From Octopus vulgaris (Eukaryota), in contig OX597822.1 of assembly GCA_951406725.2 (NCBI GenBank), positions 33,728,001 to 33,792,000 of the forward strand: a DNA stretch of 64,000 nucleotides, read 5' to 3'. Below the pieces are notes generated by a model that saw only the letters and a list, made by a program, of their open reading frames with translations, had not been told where the DNA came from and searched no databases. Both the position numbers and the translations under genes were made by a program. Below, piece by piece: positions 1 to 13,585 of this stretch; the stretch's first letter is position 1, and every line of letters starts with the position of its first letter.

Positions 1-601
1 CAGACGGACATACACATTCAGACGCTCTCTCTCTCTCTCTCTCTGAAACACACACATACAAGTATATACAAGTATGCGAATGTGTACACAACGTTTAGAA
101 TTATGTAACTGGATTACATTCGTCTGCGTGAAGAAGAGAGATAGAATGACAAAGAGATACAAAGAGGGTTTAATGTAAGAAAGATAATCAACTGTATATA
201 AACAAATATGGATAAAATAAAAGGCCTGTATATTAACGAAAGAATGGTTTGCACAGAAATTCATACATACCTACATACAAACACACACTCATACAGACCT
301 TGTCACATCAAAGTGACATGCGATGAAAAAATTACCGGTTAGTTTGTAAGTCTTTCATTGCGATTGACAGCTACAGGTGTTAACTTAAGGCGGAAAAAGT
401 TTCTGTCACCCATATATGTTCATAGAAATGAAATGATTGCCTAACTTGGATTACAGACCTTCACAGAATATGCAATCATCGTTAAGTATTATTTCGTGAT
501 GTATTATGTGAAATTCCTTCACTAATACGTCCTATTATGTGCGTGGATGTTTGTGCGTGTACATCTATCTATGTGTATGTATATAGCTAGCTAGCAAGCT
601 A

Positions 602-636
602 AATAGATAGATAGATAGGTACATAGATAGATAGAC

Positions 637-693
<57 letters not shown>

Positions 694-746
694 TAAAGAG
701 ATAGATAGACAGATAAACAGATAGATAGACAGACAGATAGATGGAC

Positions 747-794
<48 letters not shown>
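602..794. repeat. (GATA)n/(GACA)n microsatellite
   Basis: Direct reading; source of the YLSI-type ORFs. Confidence 0.95.
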
Positions 795-798
795 GTAT

Positions 799-1180
799 AG
801 GCGAAGGCATAGCTGTGTGGTAAGAAGCTTCCCAACCATGTGGTTCCGGGTTCAGTCCCACTGCGTGGCACCTTGGGCAAGTGTCTTCTCCTATAGCATC
901 GGACCGACCAAAGCCTTGTGAGTGGAATTGGTAGACGGAAACTGAAAGAAGCCGAGACTACAGTATGAATTTGTGTGTGTCTGTATTTGTCCCCCACCAT
1001 CACTTGACAGCCGATGTTGGTGTGTTTACGTCTACGTAACTTAACGGCTCGTTAAAAGAGACCGATAGAATAAGTACGAGGCTTACAATGAATAAGTCCT
1101 GGGGTCGATTTGTTCGACTAAAAGACTATGCTCCAGCATGGCCGCAATCAAATGACTGAAACGAACAAAAGAGAAAAGAG
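799..1180 (+). mobile_element. SINE family A (tRNA head, CORE-like domain, AAAAGAG tail)
   Basis: A/B-box-like GCTGTGTGGTAAG and GGTTCAGTCCC, CORE-like CCTTGGGCAAGTGTCTTC, same body as at least 11 other copies in the window. Confidence 0.85.
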
Positions 1181-1778
1181 TATATGTATGGGCAGAGAGA
1201 TTGAGAGAGAGAGAGTGTGTGTTTTATTCACGCTGAAAAGCACTTCACAAGCCGTTGCTCCAAGCTTTATTGCTTGAATCGCGATTTCGTGAAAATCGAA
1301 GTGACGATTTCTGAAAAATTCAATAGTTAACTCTGCGTGCGTGCATATGTGTGTGTGTGTGTGCGCGCGCATGCGTGCGTGTGTGTGTACGATGGAATTT
1401 CTCGTCGAAGACGCCGTCTGGGTGTTGAAATTTTGCCAAAAAACCAGCACAAATGATTTGTTTATAGTGATCAAGTGTATGTGTTGAACATATTTGGACT
1501 CTTTTCATTAAAACCACATCGCCTGTATGGCGGCACAAGCGTGCTGCCACACATCGGATGTCGAAATGATGGCAGAGCAACGTAAAATGAAGTATTTTGC
1601 TGAAAAACACAGCGTACTTCCCAGTTCGAGTTTCAAACCCACGACCTACTGATCGTGTTTTTACAACACCCTAACCACTAGGCCACGTGTCTCCAATCTA
1701 CACACATGCACATACACAAACACACACACATGCTCAAACACAGATATACATACATACATACATACATACATACATACA

Positions 1779-1809
<31 letters not shown>

Positions 1810-1829
1810 TTGTGTGTGAGTGTGTGTGT

Positions 1830-2335
1830 TTTCTGTTTTCAGTCCTTTAAATTCTTCCTCTGAAGAAGGAGCTGGTTTCTAACAAAGAAACGAAGCTCTC
1901 TCTCTCTCTCCCTCTCTTTGGAATGCAGATAAAGAAAACATGGTCACATTTTAAACATGAGAAAAGTCTTGCATAGTTTTATTGCTCTGCTTACAGATTG
2001 TATTTGTAAAGTGCGAATCAGTTGGTTGATTTCTTTTCCTGAAAATCCAAGCTTACCCAGACTGACATATAAGTATTTACTTGTAAAACCAAATGCTCAA
2101 ATTATCATTGGTATGAATGCAAATTTGTAATCCGAATGTAAAACCTGGAAGTTTCAAAGCAGTTGTCCTTAGTTATCTTCTTTATCTTTGATTTTCAAAG
2201 AGATATTCACATCGACATAACAGCTGACCTCTATGACGGTACATACTTTTTATTGTCTGTCCCAAAGAACAATATCCGGCCTGTTATGCTTACACTTGAC
2301 AGATGTTTTAATGGGAATGTTCCACCAGAATTCCT
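1830..2335 (-). pseudogene. 3' fragment of an R2-group (R4/NeSL-like) non-LTR retrotransposon, restriction-like endonuclease domain
   Basis: Minus strand reads FWWNIPIKTSVKCKHNRPDIVLWDRQ*KVCTVIEVSC (RPD...E RLE motif) with stops. Confidence 0.7.
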
Positions 2336-2655
2336 GTATGTATGTATGTATGTATGTATGTATGTATGTATGCATGTATGTATGTATGATTGTATGTATG
2401 TATGTATGTATGTATGTATGATTGTATGTATGTATGTATGTATGTAAGTATGTATGTATGTATGATTGTATGTATGTATGTATGTATGTATGTATGTATG
2501 TATGTATGTATGTATGTATGTATGATTGTATGTATGTATGTATGTAAGTATGTATGTATGTATGTATGTATGTATGATTGTATGTATGTATGTTGTATGA
2601 ATTTTCGTATGTATGTATGTATGTATGCATTTTTGTATGTATGTATGTATGTATG
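2335..2655. repeat. (TGTA)n microsatellite with TGAT interruptions
   Basis: Direct reading. Confidence 0.95.
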
Positions 2656-2781
2656 AAAGATTAAGAAAGTTTACTTCTCAATTATTATGTCCACAGTGCA
2701 AGGGGTCTTGGAGAACACTTTATTATCAGTACGTTACTCTTTTCAAACCAATTAGAATATCTTATTTCCTTCAGATTCCCC

Positions 2782-3387
2782 ATGGCAGATAAAATGCTAA
2801 CACAAGAAATGAAAAGAAATGCAGTCATCGTTACCCTGCACGCGGAAGACTCCAAAATATTTTATAGACAACGTTGAGATGGAAATGGAAAACTCTGGCG
2901 GAAATTATCCAACTTTATCAACGAAAAGAAAAACAATTTGAAATGTTTGGATACTATAAGGACCCGCAATTCATCCAACTGGTTTAAAACATTATCAATG
3001 ATATTCTGGAAAATCAATAAGTGCCATTGCCAAAGATTTCTGGTGCTGGAGTGGTCTATCGGAACTGTGGTGTACGAAGACATTCGATACAAGTCATATG
3101 TACTGAGAAGAGGTCAATTTATATCTTTACGATCATGTAACACAACTTGTGGTCTCCAAACGTTGTGTCCACCAAACTCACCAGATTTAAATCTCATCGA
3201 CTACTACGTTTGGAGTGCTGTTGAAAGGGAGACTAATCTATATCTTCATAATAATATGTATTCACTACAGGCTACTATTGTCCTGGTGACATCCGAAATT
3301 AATTAGGACCATTTAGTACAGGTATGTCAACGATTCCGGTCTCATATTTAAGCAGTCGTCGAAACTGGAGACAGATTCATTGAATAA
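2782..3387 (+). pseudogene. Internally deleted Tc1/mariner-superfamily transposase relic (possibly maT/DD37D-like)
   Basis: PPNSPDLNLIDYYVWSAVE motif in ORF 2938-3306, C-terminal GDRFIE*, N-terminal MADKMLTQEMKRNAVIV. Confidence 0.7.
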
Positions 3388-3733
3388 CTTCATAAGGAAA
3401 CTTATCGAGAATGTGTGCGTAAAAACATTCTTATTAAAACACATTTGTTTTTTTTCTATATTAGATTTTATTTAATTACGAAATATGTATTGGTACATAT
3501 CATACGATACCTCTCATACGATGTATATATAGAGATAGATAGATAGCTAGATAGATAGACAGACAGACAGACAGAAAGACAGACAGACAGACAGACAGAC
3601 AGGTAGGTAGGTAGGTAGGTAGGTAGGTAGACAAACAGGCAGGTAGATAGATAAATAGATAGTTAGTTAGAGAGAGAGAGAGAGAAAGAAAGAAAGAAAG
3701 ATAGACAGACAGACAGACAGACAGATAGACAGG

Positions 3734-3800
<67 letters not shown>

Positions 3801-4021
3801 GCAGACAGACAAACAGACATGGATATGTCCAAAATTAAATTGAAATTTCAAAACTGCGCCAATTAGCCGGCGCAACGTTGCTCGTGACTGCAGTGTTGAG
3901 TAGAGGTGGCGCTGTTTTTCATTCTAATACCCAAATCACGCGACGTCAGTTAGTCATTGTTGTATACGTACTAGAGTGAATGCGTGTTTAGGGCACTGAG
4001 CGATTTGTTATAACTTCAGAA

Positions 4022-4490
4022 ATGAAGGATTTGAAAGAGCGATTGTTTATATGAAATTCTGTCTGAAACTTGGATATAGATTTACGAAGATTTTTCTAAT
4101 GCTGCAACTGGTCTATAGGGAAAACTGTCCACTATGTCGTTTGTTGTACTCGCTTTTCTAATCGGCAAGAACATGTACTGAAGATTATCCCAAATTTGGA
4201 CGTGCTTCCAGAAGAACAGATGATGACCATATTGCAAGACTGCGTTTATCGATACGTGAAAATCGTTACCTAACTGTCCGAGAAATTTGTGAAGAAATAG
4301 ACATCTGTAAAAGTTTGGACAACGCATTATTCGAAAGAAGCATTGAAGTTGAGTCGCTTTGCTGCAAAACTTGTACCGCATCTATTGACGAATGAACAAA
4401 AGGAGAATTAAATTACTGTTAATCGGTAGCTCTTTGATTAATTAAACGCTGATGAAAACTTTCTGAAAATTCTCATGAAATATGACGATG
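4022..4490 (+). pseudogene. Highly degenerate mariner transposase N-terminal half
   Basis: Fragments KFCLKLG, AAKLVPHLLTNEQK (WVPHxL-like) and DENFLK across frameshifts. Confidence 0.55.
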
Positions 4491-4612
4491 TTGCAAAATA
4501 AAATTGTAGTCGATTGGACCATCGCCATCGATACCAAATGAATGTGAGATGTCTTTTTTCAATTAGAAGGACATATTTCAACAGACGATCAACTACTTGG
4601 TTATTCTGAATC

Positions 4613-5027
4613 ATTTGAGAGAGAGGGAAAGAGAAAGAGAAAGAGAGAGAGACAGTTAGACAGAGAGGCGGTGCGAATAAAGAAACTTTGCACGAACAAT
4701 GCTTAGATACTGCTGCACTACAACGCAGCTGGTTATGAGGACACCACTCCCGTGAGGTTTTTGGCAAAGCTCGAGGCGACTCTCGAACCACAGTGACCAT
4801 CGACCCTCAAGAGTTGACCTCAACAGATTATTTTTGCTCTCAGAGTCAAGAGCTACCTTGAAAGGTTGGCGAATTCAGACAATAAAAGTGATCGGAGAAA
4901 TTTTTCTATGAGCACTGTACATTGCTCCTATAAACACGCTCCAAAACTGGAAAATGGTTGGGTGCGGATTATCAACACCGAATGAAATGTTGTGAAGGAA
5001 GCAAGCTCGTTTTTCTTTTAGATAGAC

Positions 5028-5088
<61 letters not shown>

Positions 5089-5365
5089 GGTAAAGACCCC
5101 CTTCGGTCATGAATGACAATGGGATTGCACCTAGAAAGTTACCCTCCTAGACACAAGTTCCGGGCAAGGTTGTTTATGGAAGACCAGCAGTCGCCCATGC
5201 ATACCAGCCTCCCCTCTCCACGCCACCAGTGTTATCCAAGGGAAAGACAAAGGTCGATACAGCTTGGCACCAGTGACGTCGCAACTCATTTCTACAGCTG
5301 AGTGAACTGGAGCAACGTGAAATAAAGTGCCTTGCTCAAGAACACAACACGCAGCCCCGTCCGGG

Positions 5366-5430
<65 letters not shown>

Positions 5431-5448
5431 AAATGGAAATATATATGG

Positions 5449-5522
<74 letters not shown>

Positions 5523-5550
5523 AAATGGAAAAATATATGGAAATATATAT

Positions 5551-5629
<79 letters not shown>

Positions 5630-5788
5630 CATGTATATATATATACATGTATATACACATATAGACGTAACCAGCTGCGTTGTAGTACAGCAGTATCTAA
5701 GAATTTTTCGTACAAAGTTTCTTTCTTCGCACAGCCTCTCTGTCTTATTGTCTGTCTGTCTGTCTCTCTCACTCTCTCCCTTCAAATT
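4613..5788. repeat. ~120-bp inverted duplication (4613-4735 / 5668-5788)
   Basis: GACAGAGAGGCGGTGCGAATAAAGAAACTTTGCACG...CAACGCAGCTGGTTA recurs as a near-identical reverse complement. Confidence 0.85.
5085..5367 (-). mobile_element. SINE family D (CORE-like central domain), inserted in (TA)n
   Basis: Central domain TTGAGCAAGGCACTTTATTTCACGTTGCTCCAG; tail also seen at 51765-51890 and 62790-62860. Confidence 0.7.
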
Positions 5789-5955
5789 TAATTAAATTCT
5801 ATGTCTTTGTGCAGCTGAAGATTCCTCTACATTTTAAATTTGATGTAATGAAATGATTGCATTGTTCAATTAAATGGAGTCGCATGAAACGATCGTACTA
5901 CATTACCACTGGATATCCTTGTTGCTTATTTTGATATATATATCTATATCTATTT

Positions 5956-6010
<55 letters not shown>

Positions 6011-6126
6011 TATATACATTTATATATATATATGTCTATATACATGTATATATATACATATATATGCATATATATATATATATACACACATATATATATA
6101 TATACATATATATGCATATATGTGCG

Positions 6127-6157
<31 letters not shown>

Positions 6158-6612
6158 TACATGCATACATACATACAATACATACATACAATACATACAT
6201 ACAATACATACATACATACATACATGCATACATAGATACATACATACATACATACATACATACATGACTGGTTAGCAAACGCCGGACGCATGCCACTGAG
6301 AAAGTCTTGTAGACTGAAATCATGTCATCTGGCAGTTCTAGCACTCGTAACAGATAATTCTTGTCAGCTGCGATATACGTCTACACTGTTATGCATCATG
6401 CGTCTATGTGAGAGGAACTCTCAAGGCTTATGTCACAGTATTCAACGTTCTAACATTACATCCATGTTAAGTTGGATATAAAGATTGCATTTTGGTACTA
6501 ATACTGCTTCTGTCGCTAATAATAATATATAGGCACGTACATTCATATACGTTCACATACACACACATTTCTCTCACTCACTCACTCTCTCACTCTCTCT
6601 CTCCCTCCCCCC

Positions 6613-6678
<66 letters not shown>

Positions 6679-6785
6679 GCGTGTGTGTACAAATATAAGA
6701 TAGTCAGACAGGCAGATAGGAGCGGGTGGGAAGGACGATAGTCAGTCACTCGGGTAGGGCGATGGGCGGATACAGAGTCAGACAA

Positions 6786-6873
<88 letters not shown>

Positions 6874-6875
6874 AG

Positions 6876-6934
<59 letters not shown>

Positions 6935-7057
6935 CTGACAGATAAATACATACATACATGCATACATAGACAAACAGACAAATAACAGACAGACGGACGG
7001 ACGGACAGGCAGACAGACAGGCAGACAGATAGCTAGCTAGCTAGCTAGCTAGCTAGC

Positions 7058-7143
<86 letters not shown>

Positions 7144-7465
7144 TTTTTTTCCATACTTCAGTAAATTGGAACAGGTGGCCCGTCGTTCCGAAGTTTGCAG
7201 AAGTTTTTTTTTTTTTTTGCTATAAATTCTTCCATTAAAAACTGTTAATAACGCACTTTTTATCTTCAAACGGTTTGAAAACACGCCCGTTTATGCCAAA
7301 ACACAGCAATAACAACAGTAACAATAACAATAACTAATGTTCATGGTTTGGGCACAAGTCCAGAAAATTTGAGAGGAGGGGTTAGTCGATTGCGTCGACC
7401 ACAGGACTTGAATAATAGTTTATTATCGCAACACGAAAAGGATTAAAGATAAAGCCGACCTCAAT

Positions 7466-7533
<68 letters not shown>

Positions 7534-8773
7534 TTTGGTTGTCAACTAAGTTCCCGCCGTTTTTTAAATTTAATTAAAATTTTTTGAAAGGTTTAATAAA
7601 AAAATAACAACTAATTAATCAATAATGAATTCACCCTTGTTGTTTACAACTTTTTCCCAACATTCAACAAGATTTTCAATACCACGTTGGTAGAAATCAC
7701 CCAATTTCGACTCGAAAAATTGATTCAACCAAGCTCTCGATTCTGCATCCGCGCATAGCATTTGAAAGAGATCGAAAGAGGTGGAAATCCGTTGGTGCCA
7801 AATCAGGAGAGTACGGTAGGTGTAGCAGCACTTCCCAGCCATGCGTTTGAATAGCTTCCTTGGTCATATGAGGGCCGATGTTGTCGTACAGCAGAACTCC
7901 ATGCTGCTGATTAGGGCTTTTCTCTTGAATAGCCATGTTGAGTCGTTCTATCTGTTGAGCATAGAGTTCTGCGTTGACCGTTTGGTTCCGTTCAAGCAAT
8001 TCGAAATAGATAATCCCTTCCCAGTCCCACCATACATACAACATCGTTTTACACGGATGAAGATTTTGTTTCACGCGTGGTGTCGCTTGTTTACTGGGGC
8101 TGAGCCATTCATTACGCTGCGTCATATTGATGTAGAGTCACTATTTTTTGTCGCCAGTAACGATTCGGTAAAGAAATCATTGCTTGTGTCCATGAGTTGA
8201 GCGATGACGAGCAAGCAAACCAGTGGAGATTGTGGGTCGCTGATTTTTGTTGTTGTCACTTAAAGCATGCGGAACCCATGCTCCATACTTCTGAACCTTT
8301 CCCATCGAGTGAAGATGCTTCTCTATAGCACTGTGGGAGCGTTCCCTTTTCTCTCCCAGTTCCTTTGTCGTTTGACGAGAATTTTCGTGCAAAAGTTGGT
8401 TTAGTCGGTCTTCATCGAACTCAACTGGGCAGCCTGAACGAGGTGCGTGTTTGAGGTCAAAATTTCCAGTTTTGAACTTGGCATACCAATCACGAGCGGT
8501 TCTTTCAGTTATGGCACCCTCTCCATACACAGCACAAATGTCGCGAGCAGCTTTTGTGGCCTTAGAACCTTGATTAAAAGCAAAACGAAGGAGGTGTCGA
8601 AAATGCTCCTTTTTTTTAAATTTGACATTCCATTTTAATGATTTGAAAATAAACAAAAATAAACTAAAATTAACTAGAAAAAAATAGATTCCAAAAGTAT
8701 TTAAAAATAGAATTCTTGAAAAAAATAGATTCCAAAATTTAAAAAAACGGCGGTAACTTAGTTGCCAACCCAA
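7534..8773 (-). mobile_element. Full-length mariner (DD34D) transposon, 1240 bp, ~30-bp TIRs, TA target inside a microsatellite
   Basis: TIRs TTTGGTTGTCAACTAAGTTCCCGCCGTTTT / AAAACGGCGGTAACTTAGTTGCCAACCCAA, each flanked by TA. Confidence 0.92.
7615..8633 (-). pseudogene. Frameshifted mariner transposase
   Basis: HTH region (EHFRHLL...AARDICAVYG...PRSGCP), WVPHAL and YSPDLAPTD motifs split over three ORFs. Confidence 0.92.
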
Positions 8774-8775
8774 TA

Positions 8776-8811
<36 letters not shown>

Positions 8812-8844
8812 TGTATGTATGTATGTATGTATGTATGTATGTAT

Positions 8845-9118
8845 GAGTTCGATTCCCGGCGATGCGTTGTGTCCTTGAGCAAGACACTTTATTTCACGTT
8901 GCTCCAGTCCACTCAGCTGGCAAAAATGAGTTGTACCTGTATTTCAAAGGGCCGGCCTTGTCACACTATTTGTCACGCTGAATCTCCCTGAGAACTCCGT
9001 TAGGGGTACACGTGTCTGTGGATTGCTCAGTCACTTGCACGTTAATTCCACGAGCAAGCTGTTCCGTTGATCGTATCAGCTGGGAACCTCGTCATCGTAA
9101 CCGACGGAGTGCTCCTAA
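8845..9118 (+). mobile_element. SINE family E (same CORE-like domain as family D, different tail)
   Basis: B-box GAGTTCGATTCC then TGTGTCCTTGAGCAAGACACTTTATTTCACGTTGCTCCAG; tail recurs at 15615-15722 and 63837-64000 (minus). Confidence 0.7.
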
Positions 9119-9775
9119 AATGTATGTATGTATGTATGTATGTATGTAAGTATGTATGTATGTATGTATATCATCCAAATGTACGGAAAACAAAGGAGAA
9201 AGACAGGTGAGGGAACAAGCCCTCTTCGACAGATATTTTATAACTGCTATATTAGTTTTTATTTTCATTTCTTATTTTTAAATTTTTTAAAAATAAATTT
9301 ATTGACGTTCACACTTACAAACACAAACATTTATCGATTAGTTCAGTTTGTTTTAGGATCTCAAGCTTTTAATATGTAACTTTTAGATTTTTCTTCAAAA
9401 TATTACCAAAATATGAATTTTTATAAATTTGTTATTGGTTTTGAGTTTGAATCGAAACAATTGTAGGGATTATTAATATTTATATTTATATTATAATTAT
9501 AATATAATGTTAATAAATTAACATATGCCTATTTCAACTTTCCATTTTCCTTTTATTGAGTTGTATATTGTATATATACCCCTTTGTATTGTAGAAAATT
9601 TTCTACTATATTGGGTATTAAACTAGTTAAACCAGTGAAAACTGGATGTTTCCATTCCTATAAGAGAAGAGCAGATCCTTTATTGAGATAAACCCCTTCC
9701 ACACTGCCCTTATTCTCTTTGAGCTTTCAGCATCCATATCTCGGCACATATTGAATTTTACATATATTATATACA

Positions 9776-9984
9776 CTCTTTTACTCTTATACTTGTTTCA
9801 GTCATTTGACTGTGGCCATGGTGGAGCACCGCCTTTAGTCGAGCAAATCGACCCCAGGACTTATTCTTTGTAAGCTTAGTATTTATTCTATCAGTCTGTT
9901 TTGCCGAACCGCTAAGTTACGGGGACGTAAACACACCAGCATCGGTTGTCAAACAATATTGTGGGGGACAAACATAGACACACA

Positions 9985-10069
<85 letters not shown>

Positions 10070-10256
10070 ACACACACATATGTACATACATACGACGGAC
10101 TTCTTTCAGTTTCTGTCAACCAAATCCACTCACAAGGCTTTGGTCGGCCCGATGCTATAGTAGAAGACACTTGCCCAAGGTGCCACGCAGTAGGACTGAA
10201 CCCGGAACCATATGGTTGGTAAGCAAGCTACTCACCACGCAGCCACTCCTACGCCT
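9776..10256 (-). mobile_element. SINE family A with internal (CA)n
   Basis: Reverse complement of the family A consensus. Confidence 0.88.
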
Positions 10257-10311
10257 ATATATATATGTGTGTGTGTGTGTATGTGTATATATATATATAC
10301 ATATATATAGG

Positions 10312-10344
<33 letters not shown>

Positions 10345-10346
10345 GC

Positions 10347-10384
<38 letters not shown>

Positions 10385-10489
10385 GCGTGTGTGTGTGTGT
10401 GTGTGTATGTATATATATATATTTATATATATATATATATATATGTATCTGTATGCATATGTATGTATGTATGCTATAGTACACCGCTA

Positions 10490-11070
10490 ATCACAATGCG
10501 GTTCCAATTCTCTTTTAATTGCACCATTCTCTTCCATTCTGACCCAAATCGCTTAAATAAATCGTCTCTTCGCATGGATCTTTCGTAATTCTATCATAAC
10601 CCTGCATGGCCTTTTCCATGGCCCTTTGCATCATAGTCAATCGCTGTTCTATCCTCTTCGATGTTGCCTATGTCTCACTTGCATGTAAGAGCGCAAGTAC
10701 GACGGTGCTAATGAAGACTCTGTCTATCTTGTAAGCACATCCTTTATTGAGACAAACGCCTTCCACACTGCCCTTATTCTCTTCGAGACTTCAGCATCCA
10801 TATCTCGGCACGTATTCTGTTTACGCTAAGCAGACCTACTCATTTACCTGCTTGATTTCATCTCTTCCCACCACCATTCTGACTGCATATATCTTGTTTA
10901 TATGGATTTGGATTTTCATTTTCAGGCCTACTACTAAGCTATGGGTGTCCAGCTCCGTCAGCATCATCTGCACCTGGTCTGTGGTTTTAGCGATGAGTAC
11001 CATGTCATCTGCGAATCAGAGGTGTGTGTGTATTAGTTGATCGCCATTGATGTTCACGTCTGCTCACCAT
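10490..11070 (-). pseudogene. RTE-clade LINE reverse transcriptase fragment
   Basis: Minus strand HL*FADDMVLIAKTTDQVQMMLTELD...VGLKM. Confidence 0.6.
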
Positions 11071-11414
11071 GTATGTATGTATGTATGTATGTATGTATGT
11101 ATGTATGTATGTATGTATGTATGTATGTATGTATGTATGTATGTATGTACGTACGTACGTACGTATGTATGTATGTATGTATGTATGTATGTATGTATGT
11201 ATGTATGTATGTAGTTAGATAGGTAGATATGCATGCAGGCATGCATACATTTATGTGTGTATATACGTGTGTATATATATAAGTGTGTATATATGCACAT
11301 ATACACATACTATGAGTATATATATCATATATATACATATATATATATTGATACATATACTCATACATACATATATATATACATATATATATAACACACA
11401 CACACACACATATA

Positions 11415-11803
11415 TCTTTATATATAAAAGTGAAGTTGTGTGAGTGTCTGTCTCCTACGATTTAGATTCCTAACTACTCCCACATTTTGCGGTACAGTTT
11501 AACCAAAACCGGGTATCTTATAGTCGTCATTCATATCGAGCCCTTCTGGGTATTAGCGCGCGTCTACAATGAGTCTACGATTTAAAAAAAAAATTACCAT
11601 CATTTTTTCCCCATTTTAATGCATTTTTTCGCTATTATATAAGGGAAGTAACTCTCTAAAAATGTCTACGAGTCAACGATTTAAAAAAAAATTTACCATC
11701 ATTTTTTTTCCATTTTTAATGCATTTTTTGGCTATAACTCTCTAAAAATGCTTATATAGTTATTTCCCTTACAAACCCGAGCAACGCCGGGCGATACTGC
11801 TAG
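11415..11803 (+). mobile_element. Non-autonomous Helitron
   Basis: A|TCTTTATATATAAAA start, subterminal hairpin CCCGAGCAACGCCGGG, CTAG|T end; internal ~100-bp duplication. Confidence 0.85.
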
Positions 11804-12017
11804 TACTGTATATCTTATCCTTTGATTTATATAATATTTTGTATCCCTTTGATGTTCTCATTTGTAAAATGAATAAATAATCTAACATTATAATATCTAT
11901 AAGTTGATGAACAAACTAAATTTGTTTCTCCATTTTCTTATTTATATATATATATATATATATGTAATCAACCGGATCTATTTTTAGTGCTAGAGTAGAC
12001 CAAATGGTGGTCACTCT

Positions 12018-12071
<54 letters not shown>

Positions 12072-12327
12072 TTTATATATATGGTGACATGATACACACA
12101 GCACACACAAACACACAGACATTGTGTAAGTGTGTGCGTGTGCAGGTGTGTGTATGTGTGTGCGTGTGTGTGTGTGTGTGTATGTATGTCTGTGTGTGCG
12201 CGTGTGTGTGTGTGTATGTGTGTATTGGTATATATATACCGCTTTTGATATCTGACAGTGATTGGTTCCCGCTCTCAAAAACCGCTCTCTCGTAAAATAC
12301 TCAAACATACACAGAGGACATTTATGC

Positions 12328-12387
<60 letters not shown>

Positions 12388-12582
12388 ATATATATCAGAC
12401 ATATTGCTGTTGTTGTTTTTGTTGCTATTGTTGTTGTCGTTGTTGCGGTTTAAGCCAATCCGTTTCGAGCAGGTGTCTTGTAAGAGTTATGTAGTAGCCT
12501 CATTACTCAATGTACCCTGACAGAGTTGAGGGCGGAGGGAGGGTTGACTGCTATTTCTAGTAGTTCCAGCGACCGTATTGGT

Positions 12583-12910
12583 CATCGGTTCTCAAAGTTT
12601 GTGCTACCGCTAGCCAGTGGGCGTTGAGATGGGCCAGGTGGGCGCTGGAGCTTAAGGGGCCGAGTGGGGGCAGGTAGAGGCGTTGGGAGGAAGGCAGTGT
12701 ATTGAGGGTCGCTATGAAATTGTTATATTTTTTACTGTATTATATACAAGATATATAACATTCTATTAAATATCAAATGATTCATAGTATATATAAATTA
12801 GTAAAATATAAAATACTTATTTATACATAAAAATAGTGGTGTGGGCGGTGAGGGTATTGTGTGGTCATGAGTGTGGAGGGGTGATGGCCCAAAATGTTTG
12901 AGAACCTCTC
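12583..12910. mobile_element. Degenerate hAT-like MITE
   Basis: Termini CATCGGTTCTCAAA ... TTTGAGAACCTCTC. Confidence 0.4.
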
Positions 12911-13212
12911 GACTGCTTGCTGGGTCTGTTGTACTGGTTATGAGGTTTTACGCGGGTTCAGTTTTCATGAAGGAACGACAGGTGGCCAGGCTGCTTTTCT
13001 TTTCTTTTCGTGTTTTCTTTGTATTACGTGCGTTTGTTCGAAAAGCAAAAAGGAAAGATAAAAATAAACGTCAATTCAGGCACACGCACACACAGACCGA
13101 CATAGACACGCGCGCGCAAACACACACGCACACACACATGCTCGTGACCTCGTGTGTACCGTTGGCGATTTTTTTTCCTCTGTCTTCCCTTCTCTGGATC
13201 TTTCCTTCTCCT

Positions 13213-13252
13213 ATGTTTCCGACGAAGAGCTCCGCTCGAAACGTTAAACCAT
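13213..13252 (+). ncRNA. Minimal type I hammerhead ribozyme (PLE type), core variant CCGACGA
   Basis: GTTT-CCGACGA-A-GAGC(TCC)GCTC-GAAA-CGTT-AAAC: stem I GTTT/AAAC, stem II GAGC/GCTC, palindromic AACGTT stem III. Confidence 0.65.
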
Positions 13253-13585
13253 CCTTCTTTCCTTCTTTCCTGAGCGTCCAATAATACTATATTTGTTCCA
13301 CGTTCTCGCGTTGTTGTGTTTTTTTTGTGCTTTCTTGTTTGGATTAACTATATATATTTATATAGATATATATATTAATAAATAAAAATAAAAAATATGC
13401 ATATATATAAACATATATGTACGTACCTACCTCTACATGTACATATACACGCATATATGAGTACAGGACACCAAAAAGTCGTCGAAAACAATGAGAAACG
13501 AAAACATAGACACAAACCAAAGGAACTGGACATTTTTTTAAACAACAAAAAAATAGAGTACAGGACAATTAACACAAAGAAAAAT

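Noticed and set aside
1859-1900. Hammerhead from CTGAAGA...GAAAC
   Set aside because: No consistent stems I-III or NUH placement could be drawn
5427-5545. GGAAATGGAAA motif repeated inside (TA)n
   Set aside because: Explained by slippage duplication of an interrupted microsatellite, or by assembly noise
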